A stretch of DNA of 64,000 nucleotides from Eledone cirrhosa (lineage: Eukaryota), in assembly GCA_964016885.1 (NCBI GenBank), contig OZ024741.1:201066001-201130000 (forward strand). Direction: 5' to 3'. The notes beneath the pieces were generated by a model, which had not been told where the DNA came from, searched no databases, and worked only from the letters and a program-made list of their open reading frames with translations. Each line of letters starts with the position of its first letter. The stretch's first letter is position 1. Positions 1 through 12,340 of this stretch are shown one piece after another. Both the position numbers and the translations under genes were made by a program.

Positions 1-288
1 TCTATCAACATCATTCCTCTTGTGGAACATGCTGTAAGTAGTCATTAGCTTCCTAGTCTTTCTATCCATTTCTTTTTGTTCAGTAACATTCCATTTAAGA
101 ATTCCCGTACTGTACCTAATAATAGATACAGCTCGGGAATTTACTGCACTTATGACATTCCTACTATTTAGATGTGATTTTAGTATGTTCCTTACTCTCC
201 TTATGTATTCAGATCTTATCAACTACTTCAGTTTATTGTTCTTCATGTCTCCAGAACACCCAAATACCTGTATCCCTCTTCAGTGTCG
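1..288 (-). mobile_element. R4/Dong-type non-LTR retrotransposon fragment (RT C-terminal region), 5'-truncated, continues past window start
   Basis: Minus-strand translation gives YRYLGVLE and, after a frameshift, IRSEYIRRVRNILKSHLNSRNVISAVNSRAVSIIRYSTGILKW...MDRKTRKLMT, typical of R4/Dong RT. It begins directly after a (TAA)n tract. Confidence 0.75.
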
Positions 289-322
289 ATTATTATTATT
301 ACTATTATTATTATTGTTGTGT
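289..322. repeat. (TAA)n/(ATT)n tract between two Dong-like elements
   Basis: attattattattactattattattattgttgttg; (TAA)n is the established target of Dong elements. Confidence 0.85.
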
Positions 323-1320
323 TATTTCGTTTAGCTCTGTTCTGTTTCTCTATTGCTGGGTTCAGGCCTTGAACCTAGGGCATTAGATGTTTTCATTGTA
401 GAGAGAGAACTCGTCTGAGAATGTGTGCTGTTCCTTGTAGCCCGATCTTCTGTAGCTCATATTTGCTGAGCTTGTAGGGAAGGATGCTAGGTGCAGATCT
501 GAGAACTTGGGTATTAATCCTAATGCTCCTATTACCACAGGGATAGCGTTTGTGGTCATCCTCCACATGCTGTTGATCTCTATTTCCAGGTCTTTGTATT
601 CTGACAGTTTTTCCATTGTTTTTACAGATGTATTCTTGTCAGCTGGTATGGAAATATGTATAAGGCTACATGTCCGATCTGTTTTGCTTTTTATGATATC
701 TGATCTGTTGGCAGCAATTTCTAGGTCGGTTATCACAGGCATATCCCACAAGATGGATACGTCGCCTTTTTCCATGACTGTTTTTGGTTGATGTTCATAC
801 CATTTGTTAGAAGTTTGGATGTTATGAGAGCAGCAGAGCATCCAGTCCACATATTTGGCAATGCAGTTGTGTCTTTCTATATAGTCAGTTTTTTTCCATG
901 TCTGGACACCCGGAGATAACATGATTTACCGTTCTTCATATTTGTAGCATATTCTGCATAGAGGGCTAGTCTAATCTTTCACTATTCTGTGTCTATAGGC
1001 CTGAGTGTTTAGAGATTGATCTTGTGCAGCAGCTATGAGTCCCCCAGTCTCTGCTTTCAAACCAGCACTTCTGAGCCAGGAAAAAGACCCATGCTGGTCG
1101 ATATCATTGTCAGAAACTCGTTCTGGGAATCTACCATGTAGTGGCTTTGCCTTCCATTCACGGTATAGTTCCTTTGTGTGGAGTTTCTTTGCTTTGATCT
1201 TCAGTCATAGCTAGCTGTGCAGCACTCTGTTGTTGATTTTCTATGAGTATTTCTTGTTCCATGTTCAGTTTTTGTCTAAATTTTCTTGCCTCTTTTGTTA
1301 TTGAATGTAGTTACTTAATT
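323..1320 (-). mobile_element. R4/Dong-type LINE 3' portion (zinc knuckle + restriction-like endonuclease), pseudogenised
   Basis: KPLHGRF...WLRSAGLKAETGGLIAAAQDQSL...CRIC upstream; ORF 383..922 has RHNCIA, ILWD, NRSDI and EKLSEYKDL...PVVIGALG (RLE motifs). The short 3' UTR ends at the TAA tract. Confidence 0.85.
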
Positions 1321-2419
1321 TGTTCATACGCGAAATGCAAGTACCCAATATCCGTGAACCAATGGTTAAAAATCTACCACCCGAGAGCAAGAGGCAAAAT
1401 TATAGAACTTTTGAAAATTATATTTCACAAAACATATAGCAAATATTTGCTGTAATATTCGACAAGAAAATCAAATAAAATGACTTCATCAAATAACATT
1501 TTAACAATAAATATAAACAATATTTAATCAATATACTACACCAATGAACATAATACAATACCACAATAGCATGTCAGTTTTACTTGTCTCTTTAAATGTA
1601 ACATCCTTAATGAAAGATAAACCCAACACTATGTATTAGATATCGTAAATTTAATTAACAAAATGATACAAGTAGCATGGACTAGATTGCTTTTAAAAAG
1701 TGCTTCTTCGCATGCTTATATGCTTCCCCTCTCACACATATACTTATAGAACATTAGCAGGCATAATTATTGGTGAATTGCATGTGTTTGTAACTGTTTT
1801 TATTTATATTTTAGGTTGTTAGACATTAGGTTTAGCTGCTTAAAGAATACCTAGCGCTAAAAGATGATATGATTTTGGCAGGAACTTCATAGACGTCAAA
1901 ATTAGATATTCTTGTAATCTAAACCAGTTATTGAAATGAATGTACTAAAAGTTTATCTCCAGAGAAAACTCTGAAAAACAAGAAAAGTAAAACAAATAAT
2001 GTGATCATTATTCTATTTTGGACCGAAAGGAAAGACTTCTATTGCAATTACGTTATGGAGTAATAAATAACTATACTTCAGTCCTAAAGAATAGCAGTGA
2101 GAATTAAATACCCATCATAATATATCTCAACACGTAGACATCTTTAATGATGCAGTGTCAGTGGCAAGAACTAGTGTAAGAATTAACATAATTTTCTGTG
2201 GAGATGTAAAGGAAACAACATATTCTAAGGAAAAGTATATTTATTGCATTAAATGAGGAAGGGGGTCCGAACATTAGGTATATGCCACAAAACAAAAATA
2301 GTTTTACTTCGTCGCAACTTATTTAAACTTAATATATATGTTTTCAAGTCACGGTGGAAAGGAAAAGTGACCAAGTACCAACTATTGACTGACCGATTTT
2401 CTTTTCCTTTATTCGCCAG

Positions 2420-2561
2420 TCAACATTGGGACTTAAGGTGTCTTCGCTCTCTTCGGACTGCCATTTTCTTCCACCGAATCGGGGCGAGGGTATCACGCCT
2501 GAGGATGGAGCGCGTATCGCTGGCTGTTGCCCGTGAGAAAGCTTTCACGATCGTGTCCACG
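2420..2561 (+). other. Candidate exon (142 nt), product unknown
   Basis: Branch-like actgac + polypyrimidine tract + ccag acceptor; acg|gtgagc donor; GC-rich; one open frame QHWDLRCLRSLRTAIFFHRIGARVSRLRMERVSLAVAREKAFTIVST. No family recognised. Confidence 0.35.
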
Positions 2562-2689
2562 GTGAGCAACAGTGAAATACTGTCCATCCATGGACGTAAA
2601 AATCGCCCCTCACCATTTCTCCTCCTCTTTTTTCTTTTTGTCATTCATAAATATAGTTTGCTTTTTTGTTGTTTCATTTTTCATTATTA

Positions 2690-3112
2690 AATAAAAGCCA
2701 GTAATGTACTGGGTAATTGCTGGCCTTGTGCCAAAAGTAGAAACAATTATTAAATAAAAAGAATAGAGTTACGGCCCTTTATGATCTGAGTTAACTTTGC
2801 CTTTCATCCTTACGGGGTGGATAAAATAAAGTACCAGTAACGTACTGGGGTCGATATAATCGACTTTCCCCATCCCCCAAATTACTGGCCTTGTGCCTAT
2901 ACTAGAAATCATTATTAAATAAAAGCATAGTTACGGCCCTTTATGATCTGAGTTCAAATCCCTCCGAGGTTAACTTTGCCTTTCATCTTTACGGGGTCGA
3001 TAAAATAAAGTACCAGTCGCGTACCGGGGTCGATTTAATCGACTTTCACCTCCCCAAAAAAAACTTGCTGACCTTGTGCCTATATAAAAAAAACCATTAT
3101 TAAATAAAAGCA
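2690..3112 (+). mobile_element. tRNA-derived SINE family A, three tandem partial copies
   Basis: Repeated gagttcaaatcc (B box)...ttaactttgcctttcatcc(t)tacggggtcgataaaataaagtaccagt...ctggccttgtgcc; dispersed many times in the window. Confidence 0.8.
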
Positions 3113-3492
3113 AATTAAGGTAATAAAATGTCTAAAAACTGAAAGGTTGACAATTCGTATCTGCTCACCCTCCTCGTATTCTGCTGACGGAAACGACAAT
3201 AAAACAAGATGGTACAACTTATCACTTTAAGAAGTGGTTGCAATGGGTTAGTGATGCATATTATAATCGTTAATGTGTGTATGTATTTTAACATCTACAA
3301 AAACTCCTACACATATTGAAGTACATTCACATAAAATGAGATGATACACCATTCCACTGTAAACATTGATAGCAATGTGTTACTGGCGTGTAACACGTAT
3401 AGTTGATGTGTATGTATATATTTAGATTATACAGAAACGCATACATGTAAGTGTTGAAATACAGACACATATAGAGACTTATATAAAACATA

Positions 3493-3700
3493 CTACTACT
3501 ACTACTGCTACAACTACTGCTGCTGCTACTACTACTACTAGTACTACTACTATTGCTATTGCTACTACTACTGCTGTTGCTGCTGCTGCTTCTACCACTA
3601 CTACTACTACTGCTTCTACTACTGCTGCTGCAGCTGTTACTACTACTGCTACTACTGCTGCTGCTGCTGCTACTAGTTAGCTAGCTAGCTAGCTAACTAG
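3493..3700. repeat. (CTA/CTG)n trinucleotide microsatellite ending in (CTAG)n
   Basis: Directly visible. Confidence 0.95.
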
Positions 3701-4773
3701 TTGAAATTAAGTTGAAATTAAGGGACAGTTGTTGGCATTTATGCAACTGCAGCTGCTAATAGTAGGATTAATTGTAGGCTTGAGTTTAGGCATATTAGAA
3801 GAGGGAAGTGGGAGAACAAAATTATATGAAATAGATTGAGATTTTAATTTTGCTTTCAAAAACTTTGTTTTGTTGTGGATTTTTATGTACACCGAATAAA
3901 AAGGAGGATTATACCAAATCATATTATTTTTCTTGATTCAGTTATAGTTCTGCGTTCAGTAGAGGAGTCTATTCGAAAAATATATTACAGTCTCCATTTC
4001 ACACCGCAAAAACTGGCGATGGGCCTGCGACCTGTCGTGGGAGGCGTGGGATGGACGCACAAAGGTTGCATATCCCGAGATCCCGAAGAGGATCCGCAGG
4101 GGAGCAAACCTTGACAATTAGAACCAGTTATAGTTCTTGTGGTATCTTCAACATACGTATTGTATTTTATACATATTTTATAGTAGACCCCGCTATAATA
4201 TTTGGAGGAGTGTGAATATTTATTGGTTGGCAAAGAAGATTGGCAGTCTTAGTGAAATATTTTAAAATAAGTTATTAATAATCTCTAATGAATGGTTGTT
4301 TGTTTACAGTTGTGATGTTTCATGTAAGAAGCGATATTTTCCAGGCAGGAATAGCTGACCTTAATGTAGTCAGAATTTGAAATTGTATTGTGTTTGTGTG
4401 TCGGCAGGAAATACCATCACATTAGAACTGAAATTTCCTGGTTATGTTCGTAGAAAGATCTGAATAATATGGTGGATTGAAACAGGTTACGTTCCACTTG
4501 CTGGTTTCATTCTAGTATGATATATAAATATATATATATATATATATTTATTAAAATAAATATTTTAATAAATATTTAATAAATATTTGCTCTACGGTTC
4601 TTATATATTTGATATATATTTATCCTTATCGAGCCCTCTTTGGATTTTTGTCTTCAAATTTATTATTATTACTATATATATATACGTACGTTATTCCGGG
4701 TTGAGTCGGAGGTAACCTAAGTAAGGAAGGTACTCAATACATTGCAGAGTATAAAAGTTTTAATATAGATGAG

Positions 4774-4820
4774 ATTCTACAGGACTAGAACTGTTTCATT
4801 CTTTAGAAATCATAAGGAAT
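4774..4820 (-). ncRNA. Degenerate type I hammerhead ribozyme in a PLE-like tail (tail about 4685-4820)
   Basis: attc CTTATGA tttctaaagaat GAAA cag ttctagtc ctg TA gaat; stems I and III pair; G5 is mutated. Confidence 0.55.
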
Positions 4821-4989
4821 AAGAGTCAGGACCCCGATGAGTACTTGTTATATATATATATATATATATATATATAACAAAGAAAGTATGGTAAGAAACC
4901 AGGTGGACCATAACGCACCCGAGTACTCGCCGGGGTCCTGACTCTTATATATATATAACATACACATACATATGTGTATGTGTTATATA

Positions 4990-6266
4990 CAGTGTTGTGC
5001 ATAATTCAGAGAGCACGCCAATAACTTTATTAGGTTAGGTTAATATTAAAGAAAGTAGAATTATTAGATAAAAAATAGTATAATATTACAAACATACAAC
5101 ACAAACCATTATTGTCTATTCCACATTAGTACTGTGTTTGATGACCTTTAGCAGTAATTACTGCAGCAATTCTGCGAGGCATTGATTCCACCAAGGAGAC
5201 GCAATATTCAGGAGTAATGTGTTGTGTCCATATAGTAAGATGTTTTTGTTGTAAATCAGTAAGTGAGCTGGGATTTATAACAGTTTTGAAATGCGATTAC
5301 GTCAGGCCAAGGTGCCAGCACTTCAATATCAGATTCTCGAAAAAATTGGTTAATGGCTTTTACCCTATGGCAAGGAACACCATTTTGTTAATATATCTTG
5401 CAACCATGAGTCTCCATCCATAACGGGACCTTTTCTCATATCATTTGCACATACATATTTTATTTTACAGTCTTTCCTGTTGGAATTATGGTCAGTGCAG
5501 CTCGTCCCAGACCATTAATGACCGTGGATGTTTAACTGTTGGTTAGACATAACGAGAATTATAACACTGTCCATGTGGACTTTTTACATGGTGATTATAA
5601 GGGGCAAATTGTCTAATTAATGTTACATCACTAAACATTACCTCACCCCATTGAGCAACAGTCCAGTGACGATAAGAGTTGCAAAACAACAGACAGTCCT
5701 TGATATTTTTATTTGAAAGTAGAGGCTTGGCAGCTGGCTTAAAAGCCCGAAAGTTAAAGCGTCATCGGATGGTAGAAAATGATATGTTTGTGTCATGAGG
5801 AAGTTAGGTTTGGTTTTAAGAGCTAGAAGCATTTGGATTTGACACTGCAAGTCGGCGTATCATGTGATCTGTTTGAACACTTGACTCGCGTGGTTTTCCA
5901 GGCTGCCTTGCTTGGATTAAGAGTGCCTGATGTTGCATTATGGGCAAGTGTTTTTTGAACGCCAGTCTGAGATACACCCAATGGTTCAGATATTTGGCGC
6001 TAGGAATAGTCTTCCTCATGAAGAAGGATGATATTTTAACGTTATCCGCTTGAAATTGCAGTAATTTTAGTACTAAAAAATGTATTAAAATGCTGACTCG
6101 ATGTGCTATATATATGAAAATACAAATAATGTGATTGTTCTACGTATGTACAATGATTGAAAAAAAAATTAAGTGTTATGATATTTGTGCGCTTGTGTGT
6201 ATGTATACTGAGGTTACTAATAATATGACAGCTAAAATGACGGTCTCTAAATTATGCACAACACTG
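4990..6266 (-). mobile_element. Tc1-family DNA transposon, decayed transposase, both TIRs present
   Basis: TIRs ta|cagtgttgtgcataattcagaga and tctctaaattatgcacaacactg. Minus-strand remnants PGKPRESSVQTDHMIRRLAVSNPNASS, FSD, PTVKHPRSLMVW, LVESMPRRIAAVITAKGHQTQY*. Confidence 0.9.
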
Positions 6267-6573
6267 ACTGTATATGTGTGTGTTATAAATATGTATATAT
6301 GTATATATATATGAGCTGGAAGCAGTTGGATTTCACAAAGCAGTTGGCTGTGAAAAAATCCTTTGTTCGCCCTTTGAATGTACGCTTCGGCCAACTAACC
6401 TTCCTCTTTTTGAGAAAATCACGAGACCTTACTAACAACATTACTACTACGGTAGCCTGACACAGTGTTATCTACAAACCCGAAGAAAATGGATATTTGG
6501 GACGTAAAACCTGTTGATGAAGGGATATCCCCGTTCCATCAAAAGAGACATCACTGATTTGCATATACATAAT

Positions 6574-6760
6574 TATTTCTACTTTTGACACAAGGCCAGC
6601 AATTACCCAGTGCATTACTGGTACTTTATTTTATCGACCCCGTAAGGATGAAAGGCAAAGTTGACCTCGGCGGGATTTGAACTCAGACCATAAAGGGCCG
6701 TAAGTCTTTGCTGCAAAGCATGACGTCCGACCCTCTACCGATAGCGCCAATCCACCGCCC
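6574..6760 (-). mobile_element. SINE family A copy
   Basis: Reverse complement of the 2690-3112 unit, including the tRNA-like head (ggcggtggattggcg...gagttcaaatccc). Confidence 0.85.
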
Positions 6761-6875
6761 TTTTTTTATACATAATGCAACTTGGAATGTATCTCTCCGG
6801 ATTTCCTAGAAACCTATCGAAGATCTTCAGCGATTTTTTTATCGTTTCTTGTCTATTCGAGATCATCCGGGTTAG

Positions 6876-6931
6876 TGTTTGACCTATTTGTATACATCGA
6901 TGATGTTTGACCTATTTGTATACATCGATGA
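6876..6931. repeat. 28-bp perfect tandem duplication
   Basis: tgtttgacctatttgtatacatcgatga x2. Confidence 0.9.
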
Positions 6932-7097
6932 TGTTGTGTTACTGTTCGCATAATACAAAGTGTCACCACTCTTGAACTTTTATGTTCGCTCTGAGTGGAA
7001 ATATATCAATTCCTAACTCGTTGAGTGCTTCATGACTGCCTCATATAATTCGATTGACAACTGCTATAGTGCAGCTGCAATTTCGGTTACATTCATA

Positions 7098-8154
7098 TTA
7101 TATATATATATATATATATATGCGTATGTATGTGTGTATACATACATACATACATACATATGTATGTATGTATGTATGTATGTATATATTTATACGTATG
7201 TACGTATGTATATATATATATACGTATGTATGTATATATGTATGTATGTATGTATGTATATATGTATGTATGTATGTATATATTTATACGTATGTACGTA
7301 TGTATATATATATATACGTATGTATGTATATATTTATACGTATGTATGTATGTATATATATATATACGTATGTATGTATATATATATATACGTATGTATG
7401 TATATATATATATACGTATGTATGTATGTATATATATATATACGTATGTATGTATATATATATATATACGTATGTATGTATATATATATATATACGTATG
7501 TATGTATATATATATATATACGTATGTATGTATATATATATATATATATACGTATGTATGTATATATATGTATATATATATATATATATACGTATGTATG
7601 TATATATATATATATATATATATATACGTATGTATGTATATATATATATATATATATATACGTATGTATGTGTATATATATACGTAAGTATGTATATATA
7701 TATATATATATACGTATGTATGTATATATATATATATATATATATACGTATGTATGTATATATATATATATATACGTATGTATGTATATATATATATATA
7801 TATACGTATGTATGTATATATATATATATATATACGTATGTATGTATATATATATATATATATATACGTATGTATGTATATATATATATATATATATATA
7901 CGTATGTATGTATATATATATATATATATACGTATGTATGTATATATATATATATATACGTATGTATATATATATATATATACGTATGTATGTATATATA
8001 TATATATACGTATGTATGTATGTATATATATATATATACGTATGTATGTATATATATATATATACGTATGTATGTATATATATATATATACGTATGTATG
8101 TATATATATATATATATATATATACGTATGTATGTATATATATATATACGTATG

Positions 8155-8186
<32 letters not shown>

Positions 8187-8334
8187 CGTATTTATGTATA
8201 TATATATATATATACGTATGTATGTATATATATATATATATATATACGTATGTATGTATATATATATATATACGTATGTATGTATATATATATATATATA
8301 TACGTATGTATGTATATATATATATATACGTATG

Positions 8335-8370
<36 letters not shown>

Positions 8371-8437
8371 CATATATATATATATATATATGTATGCATA
8401 TATATATATATGTGTGTGTGATGTTATATATATAAAC

Positions 8438-8470
<33 letters not shown>

Positions 8471-8535
8471 TATGCATATATATGTTATGCAGATATATAT
8501 AATAGATATATATACATATATATATATATATTATA
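7098..8535. repeat. Compound (TA)n array with recurring TACGTATGTATG interruption
   Basis: Directly visible; accounts for the ORFs at 7032-8536. Confidence 0.95.
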
Positions 8536-8640
8536 GTTTCCATTTGTTAATATATTGTATATTTACTCCAATAATTTGTTGAGTGCTTTATATCAGTTAT
8601 AAAAATATTTTGCTTGTTATATCCCAACAAATTAAATATA

Positions 8641-8711
<71 letters not shown>

Positions 8712-8889
8712 ACACACACACACACACATATATCGTGTCTGTATTTGTTTTTCAAGGTTTCTTATCTGAAACTGTGCGTTAAAAACGGATACTGTTATAC
8801 TTTGAGAGGGTCACGTGTTGGTTTCACTTCAATTTATTATAAACTTCTAGTCAGTTAGTTTGATAGCCGGATGGTTGTTCAATAGTTGA

Positions 8890-8936
8890 TAGTCAAAGCT
8901 ATTTCGTCACACATTCTGTGACTTCCTCATTGACTA
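8890..8936 (-). ncRNA. Type I hammerhead, C3 mutated
   Basis: tagtca ATGAGGA a gtcac agaatgt gtgac GAAA tagc TT tgacta. Confidence 0.6.
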
Positions 8937-9197
8937 ATTTGTTAATTTGTGTCTCTCCATTGTTCTGTCTTATACCATCTTGTTTTTGTAAGCTGTGTGA
9001 TGTATACACACAAACACACACATATATATATATATACATACAGATATTGTTATACTTTGGGAGGGTCATGCTGCCAATAAAACACACGCTCCTGTTGATG
9101 TTCACTTCAATTTATTCTAAATTTCCGGTTGGTTGGTTGATTGGTTGGCTGGCTTGCTGGCTGGTTGATTCGATAACCGGATAGTTGCTCATATATT

Positions 9198-9240
9198 GTC
9201 AATGCTCTTTCGTCACATATTCTGTGACCTCCTCAGTGAC
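9198..9240 (-). ncRNA. Type I hammerhead, cleavage-site U mutated
   Basis: gtca CTGAGGA g gtcac agaatat gtgac GAAA gagc AT tgac. Confidence 0.65.
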
Positions 9241-9881
9241 TGGATTTTTATTTTGTGTCTCTCCTTTGTTCTATCCTACACCATCTTGTTTTTGTGTTGT
9301 CAAAAAAAATAGATGGTGTAAGATAGAACAAATGAGGGAGCGTGTATTGTGTAGCTGCACGTATAGGTGCCTGCGCGTGTGCATATGCGCATGCTCCTAG
9401 GTGAGTATAATCCAAGAGTTCGAAAATCATAAAGGTGTATTAAATGGAATAGATGTATCAATGTAGAAAGGTAAAGCTGTAGTGAAATGGGATAGAGAAA
9501 GGAATTGTGGGTAATTGCATGGTATGTGTGTGTGCGTCTGAGATGATGGTGGCAGAGTTCTAAGGAAGAACTGGGGGGTCGGGGTTATATACAGCGGTTA
9601 GATAGATTATAAGGGATTGAGGTGGAGGAAATGAATGGTGGGCGAGGGAAAATGTCGGTGATTAGTTCGACATGTTCTCCGATTCAGAATAGTCGAAGAA
9701 TTTGATCGAATAATGATGACCATCTCAAGCTATTGATGTGCTCTGACTTTCAAATCATAGGCTGTCTTGGCGGTCAGGGATTTTGGTCAGGCTCCTTATG
9801 GTTACGTTGATTGTAATTTTATATATCCCAGGGAACAATATTTATCGATCCGTTAATGATATATATAAGATGTTCTATGTA

Positions 9882-10084
9882 CAGGGTGGGCCACAAGTCA
9901 ATTCTTATCTATTTTTATTAATAAAACGTTACAAATTAACTCAAAACTAAATTTTCTTCCAAGATGTATTTTTCCATAATTGAATCTTGTTTTTAATCAA
10001 ATTTAATCTGAAAGAAAACATATATTTTAATGATAAAAAAATTATGAATTTTTTAAATAGGTAGTGACTTTTGGGCCCACCCTA
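9882..10084. mobile_element. Tc1/mariner-type MITE (about 200 bp)
   Basis: Imperfect TIRs ta|cagggtgggccacaagtca and tgacttttgggcccacccta|ta; AT-rich interior. Confidence 0.75.
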
Positions 10085-10225
10085 TATATTTTTGCTTCTC
10101 TGAATAAGATATCTTAAAGATATCTTTTCATTGAGATGTTATGTACATTCGACAGAAATTTTAATTGTGTATAATTAATATATATTGTATGTATATATAT
10201 ATATTATATATATATGTATGTGTGT

Positions 10226-10259
<34 letters not shown>

Positions 10260-10457
10260 ATAAATATATGTATACACACACACAGGGCGGGGGAACGCAG
10301 GAGAGTCAACAGACATCCAATAAATTTATTTTATTTTTTATTTTTTGTGGAGCGAGAGGCTCGTAGTCTTCATTAAGACATCTCTCTAGAAGAATTTCAC
10401 TCTAATATAAAACCTACGGCTTCGTTTGCATCCAATGATGTAGACGAGTTTTTCGTT

Positions 10458-10850
10458 TTGGGTAGATATATTCGATGTTCAGAGAGTGGGATTGGCCCCG
10501 TGCAAAGCCTTTCCTCACTTAAAAAAGCATCAAGCACAGGCATCGCTTGATATGTGACAATTTGTCATGGCTGGCCATAGGCAAATCCTTAGCGCGACTA
10601 AAACGCCACGTCCGTGATGCTCATGCGATAGCATTACTCAAAGTCTCTTGACTTTGAGTAATGCTATTGCTTGATACTTAAGCATGAGCATCACAGACGT
10701 GGCGTTTTAGTCGTGCTAAGGATTTGCCTATGGCCAGCCATGACAAAATGTCACATACCAAGCGATGCCTGTGCTTGATGCTTTTTTAAGTGAGGAAAGG
10801 CTTTTCACGGGGCCAATCCCACTCTCTGAACATCGAATATATCTACCCAA
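10458..10850. repeat. Fold-back palindrome, arms about 190 bp, outer part related to the RTE-like short element
   Basis: Centre gcattactcaaagtc-tctt-gactttgagtaatgc. Arm ggtagatat...gagagtgggattggccccgtgcaaagcctttcctcact...gcacaggcatcgctt resembles 58462-58560. Confidence 0.9.
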
Positions 10851-10934
10851 TATATATATACTCTTTTAGTCTTTTACCTGCTCCAGCTATCCGGCTGAGG
10901 CCATGCTGGAGTGCCACCCTTATATATATATATT

Positions 10935-11106
10935 TTTTTTCCTCCTTCATCGCCAGGGAACGTCTTCACGAACCAAAGTATCGTCTTCCTGTTTTCCTTC
11001 GGTTGCAATATTTACTTCTGCGTCCACAGATTTATTTATTTTTTAGTTTCAGAAGATCCCGTTAAGGGTGAAAGCAGCGATTCTTTGCTTAAACTTTAAT
11101 CTGTTA
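10935..11106 (+). mobile_element. Solo pLTR of the Naiad-type PLE, with hammerhead at 11045-11095
   Basis: Matches about 44420-44597; agttt CAGAAGA tcccgttaagggt GAAA gca...tgc TT aaact; runs into (TA)n. Confidence 0.8.
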
Positions 11107-11122
11107 TATGTATATGTATATG

Positions 11123-11203
<81 letters not shown>

Positions 11204-11382
11204 ATATATATGTATATATATATATATGTGTGTGTAGTGTGTATATATATGTATATATATATATATGTGTGTGTATATATATATATATATGTATATATAT
11301 TATATATGTGTGTGTGTATGTGTATATATATATATGTATATATATATATATGTGTATATATATATATAATATGTATATATAT

Positions 11383-11754
11383 ATTGCAAGTAAGTATGTT
11401 TTGAAACAGTGAGCAGGTTTGAAATTAGAAAATATATAGCTTTCACCGTATTTTTGACTGAAGGAATTTTAGCCTGATAATGGGGTTTAGAACCCTCAGA
11501 TAAATGGAAAAAGATGAGTATTGACGTACATGGGAGTCGAACCCACATTTTGGTTATCGCGACCACTGTACTACCGTTATACCAACACATCATGTGTTGG
11601 TGTAATGGTAGCACAGTGGTCGCGATAACCAAAGATGTGGGTTCGACTCCCATGTACGTCAATACTCATCTTTTTCCATTTATCTGAGGGTTCTAAACCC
11701 CATTATCAGGCTAAAATTCCTTTAGTCAAAAATACGGTGAAAGCTATATATTTC
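11383..11754. mobile_element. Fold-back element (palindrome 11429-11754) with a tRNA-like head at its centre, flanked by (TA)n
   Basis: Centre ccaacacat-c-atgtgttgg; A box TGGTGTAATGG and B box GGTTCGACTCC; a cloverleaf can be drawn. Confidence 0.8.
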
Positions 11755-12340
11755 ATATATATATATATATATCTTCTCTCTACCCTTCAACCTACCCATT
11801 TCGCTACTTTCTACTCTCACCTCTCTTTCTTCCACTCCCCTTCTCCCTATCTACTCTTACCCCCACTTTCTTCAGCTCCCTTTCTCCCTCTCCCTTTCAC
11901 CCCCCTCCACTGACCCTTTAGCAGATCTCTCTCACTTACTGCGGGATCAGACGTGTGTCTTGTTCCTCTCGACCACTGTCTTGAACTTAAGTTCTCTTAT
12001 TGAGTGGTCTTGGATTTCCTTACCTTAAGTTACTCGCACATTGCTCGGTTCGTTGTTTTTTTTCGCCGTTTTTTTTCATTGTTTTCTCTTTTCTTCCCTT
12101 TTGCTTTCCGTCCCTCCCTCCTCCGTTTTCCCAATAACTTATCCAGTTATTGACACCCTGGGGTGAGATATCTTGTCTTTAAAGCGTAGAAATATCCGAG
12201 ACCCCCAGTAGACAATTGATGAGGAAAACTGCCCTCCACCCCCGCTCTTGCTTTCTTCGTATTCCCCACTGCATTTTAAGTTATATACAAATATGGAATA
12301 ATCAAAACAGTAGTGGTATGTCACATATCAAGCCATATAT

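Larger units (their letters stand above)
8730..9400 (-). mobile_element. Two tandem PLE pLTR/3'-tail copies related to 30510-30958, each with a hammerhead
   Basis: Similar to the tail of the GIY-YIG element (tgaccctcccaaagtataacaatatc; aagatgg...tag..acagaacaa). Hammerheads at 8890-8936 and 9198-9240. Confidence 0.75.

Noticed and set aside
2690-3112. CRISPR-like repeat-spacer pattern (also 50930-51482)
   Set aside because: The units are 130-200 bp tandem SINE copies in eukaryotic DNA, with no unique spacers or cas genes.
10767-10810. Hammerhead-like gtgc TTGATGC...GAAA ggct TT gcac
   Set aside because: Two non-compensatory core changes and a poor stem II; the related element lacks the motif.
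11522-11662. Functional tRNA gene pair
   Set aside because: Non-canonical anticodon loop, several G-U pairs in the acceptor stem, and embedded in a repeated fold-back element; treated as a SINE-like head.
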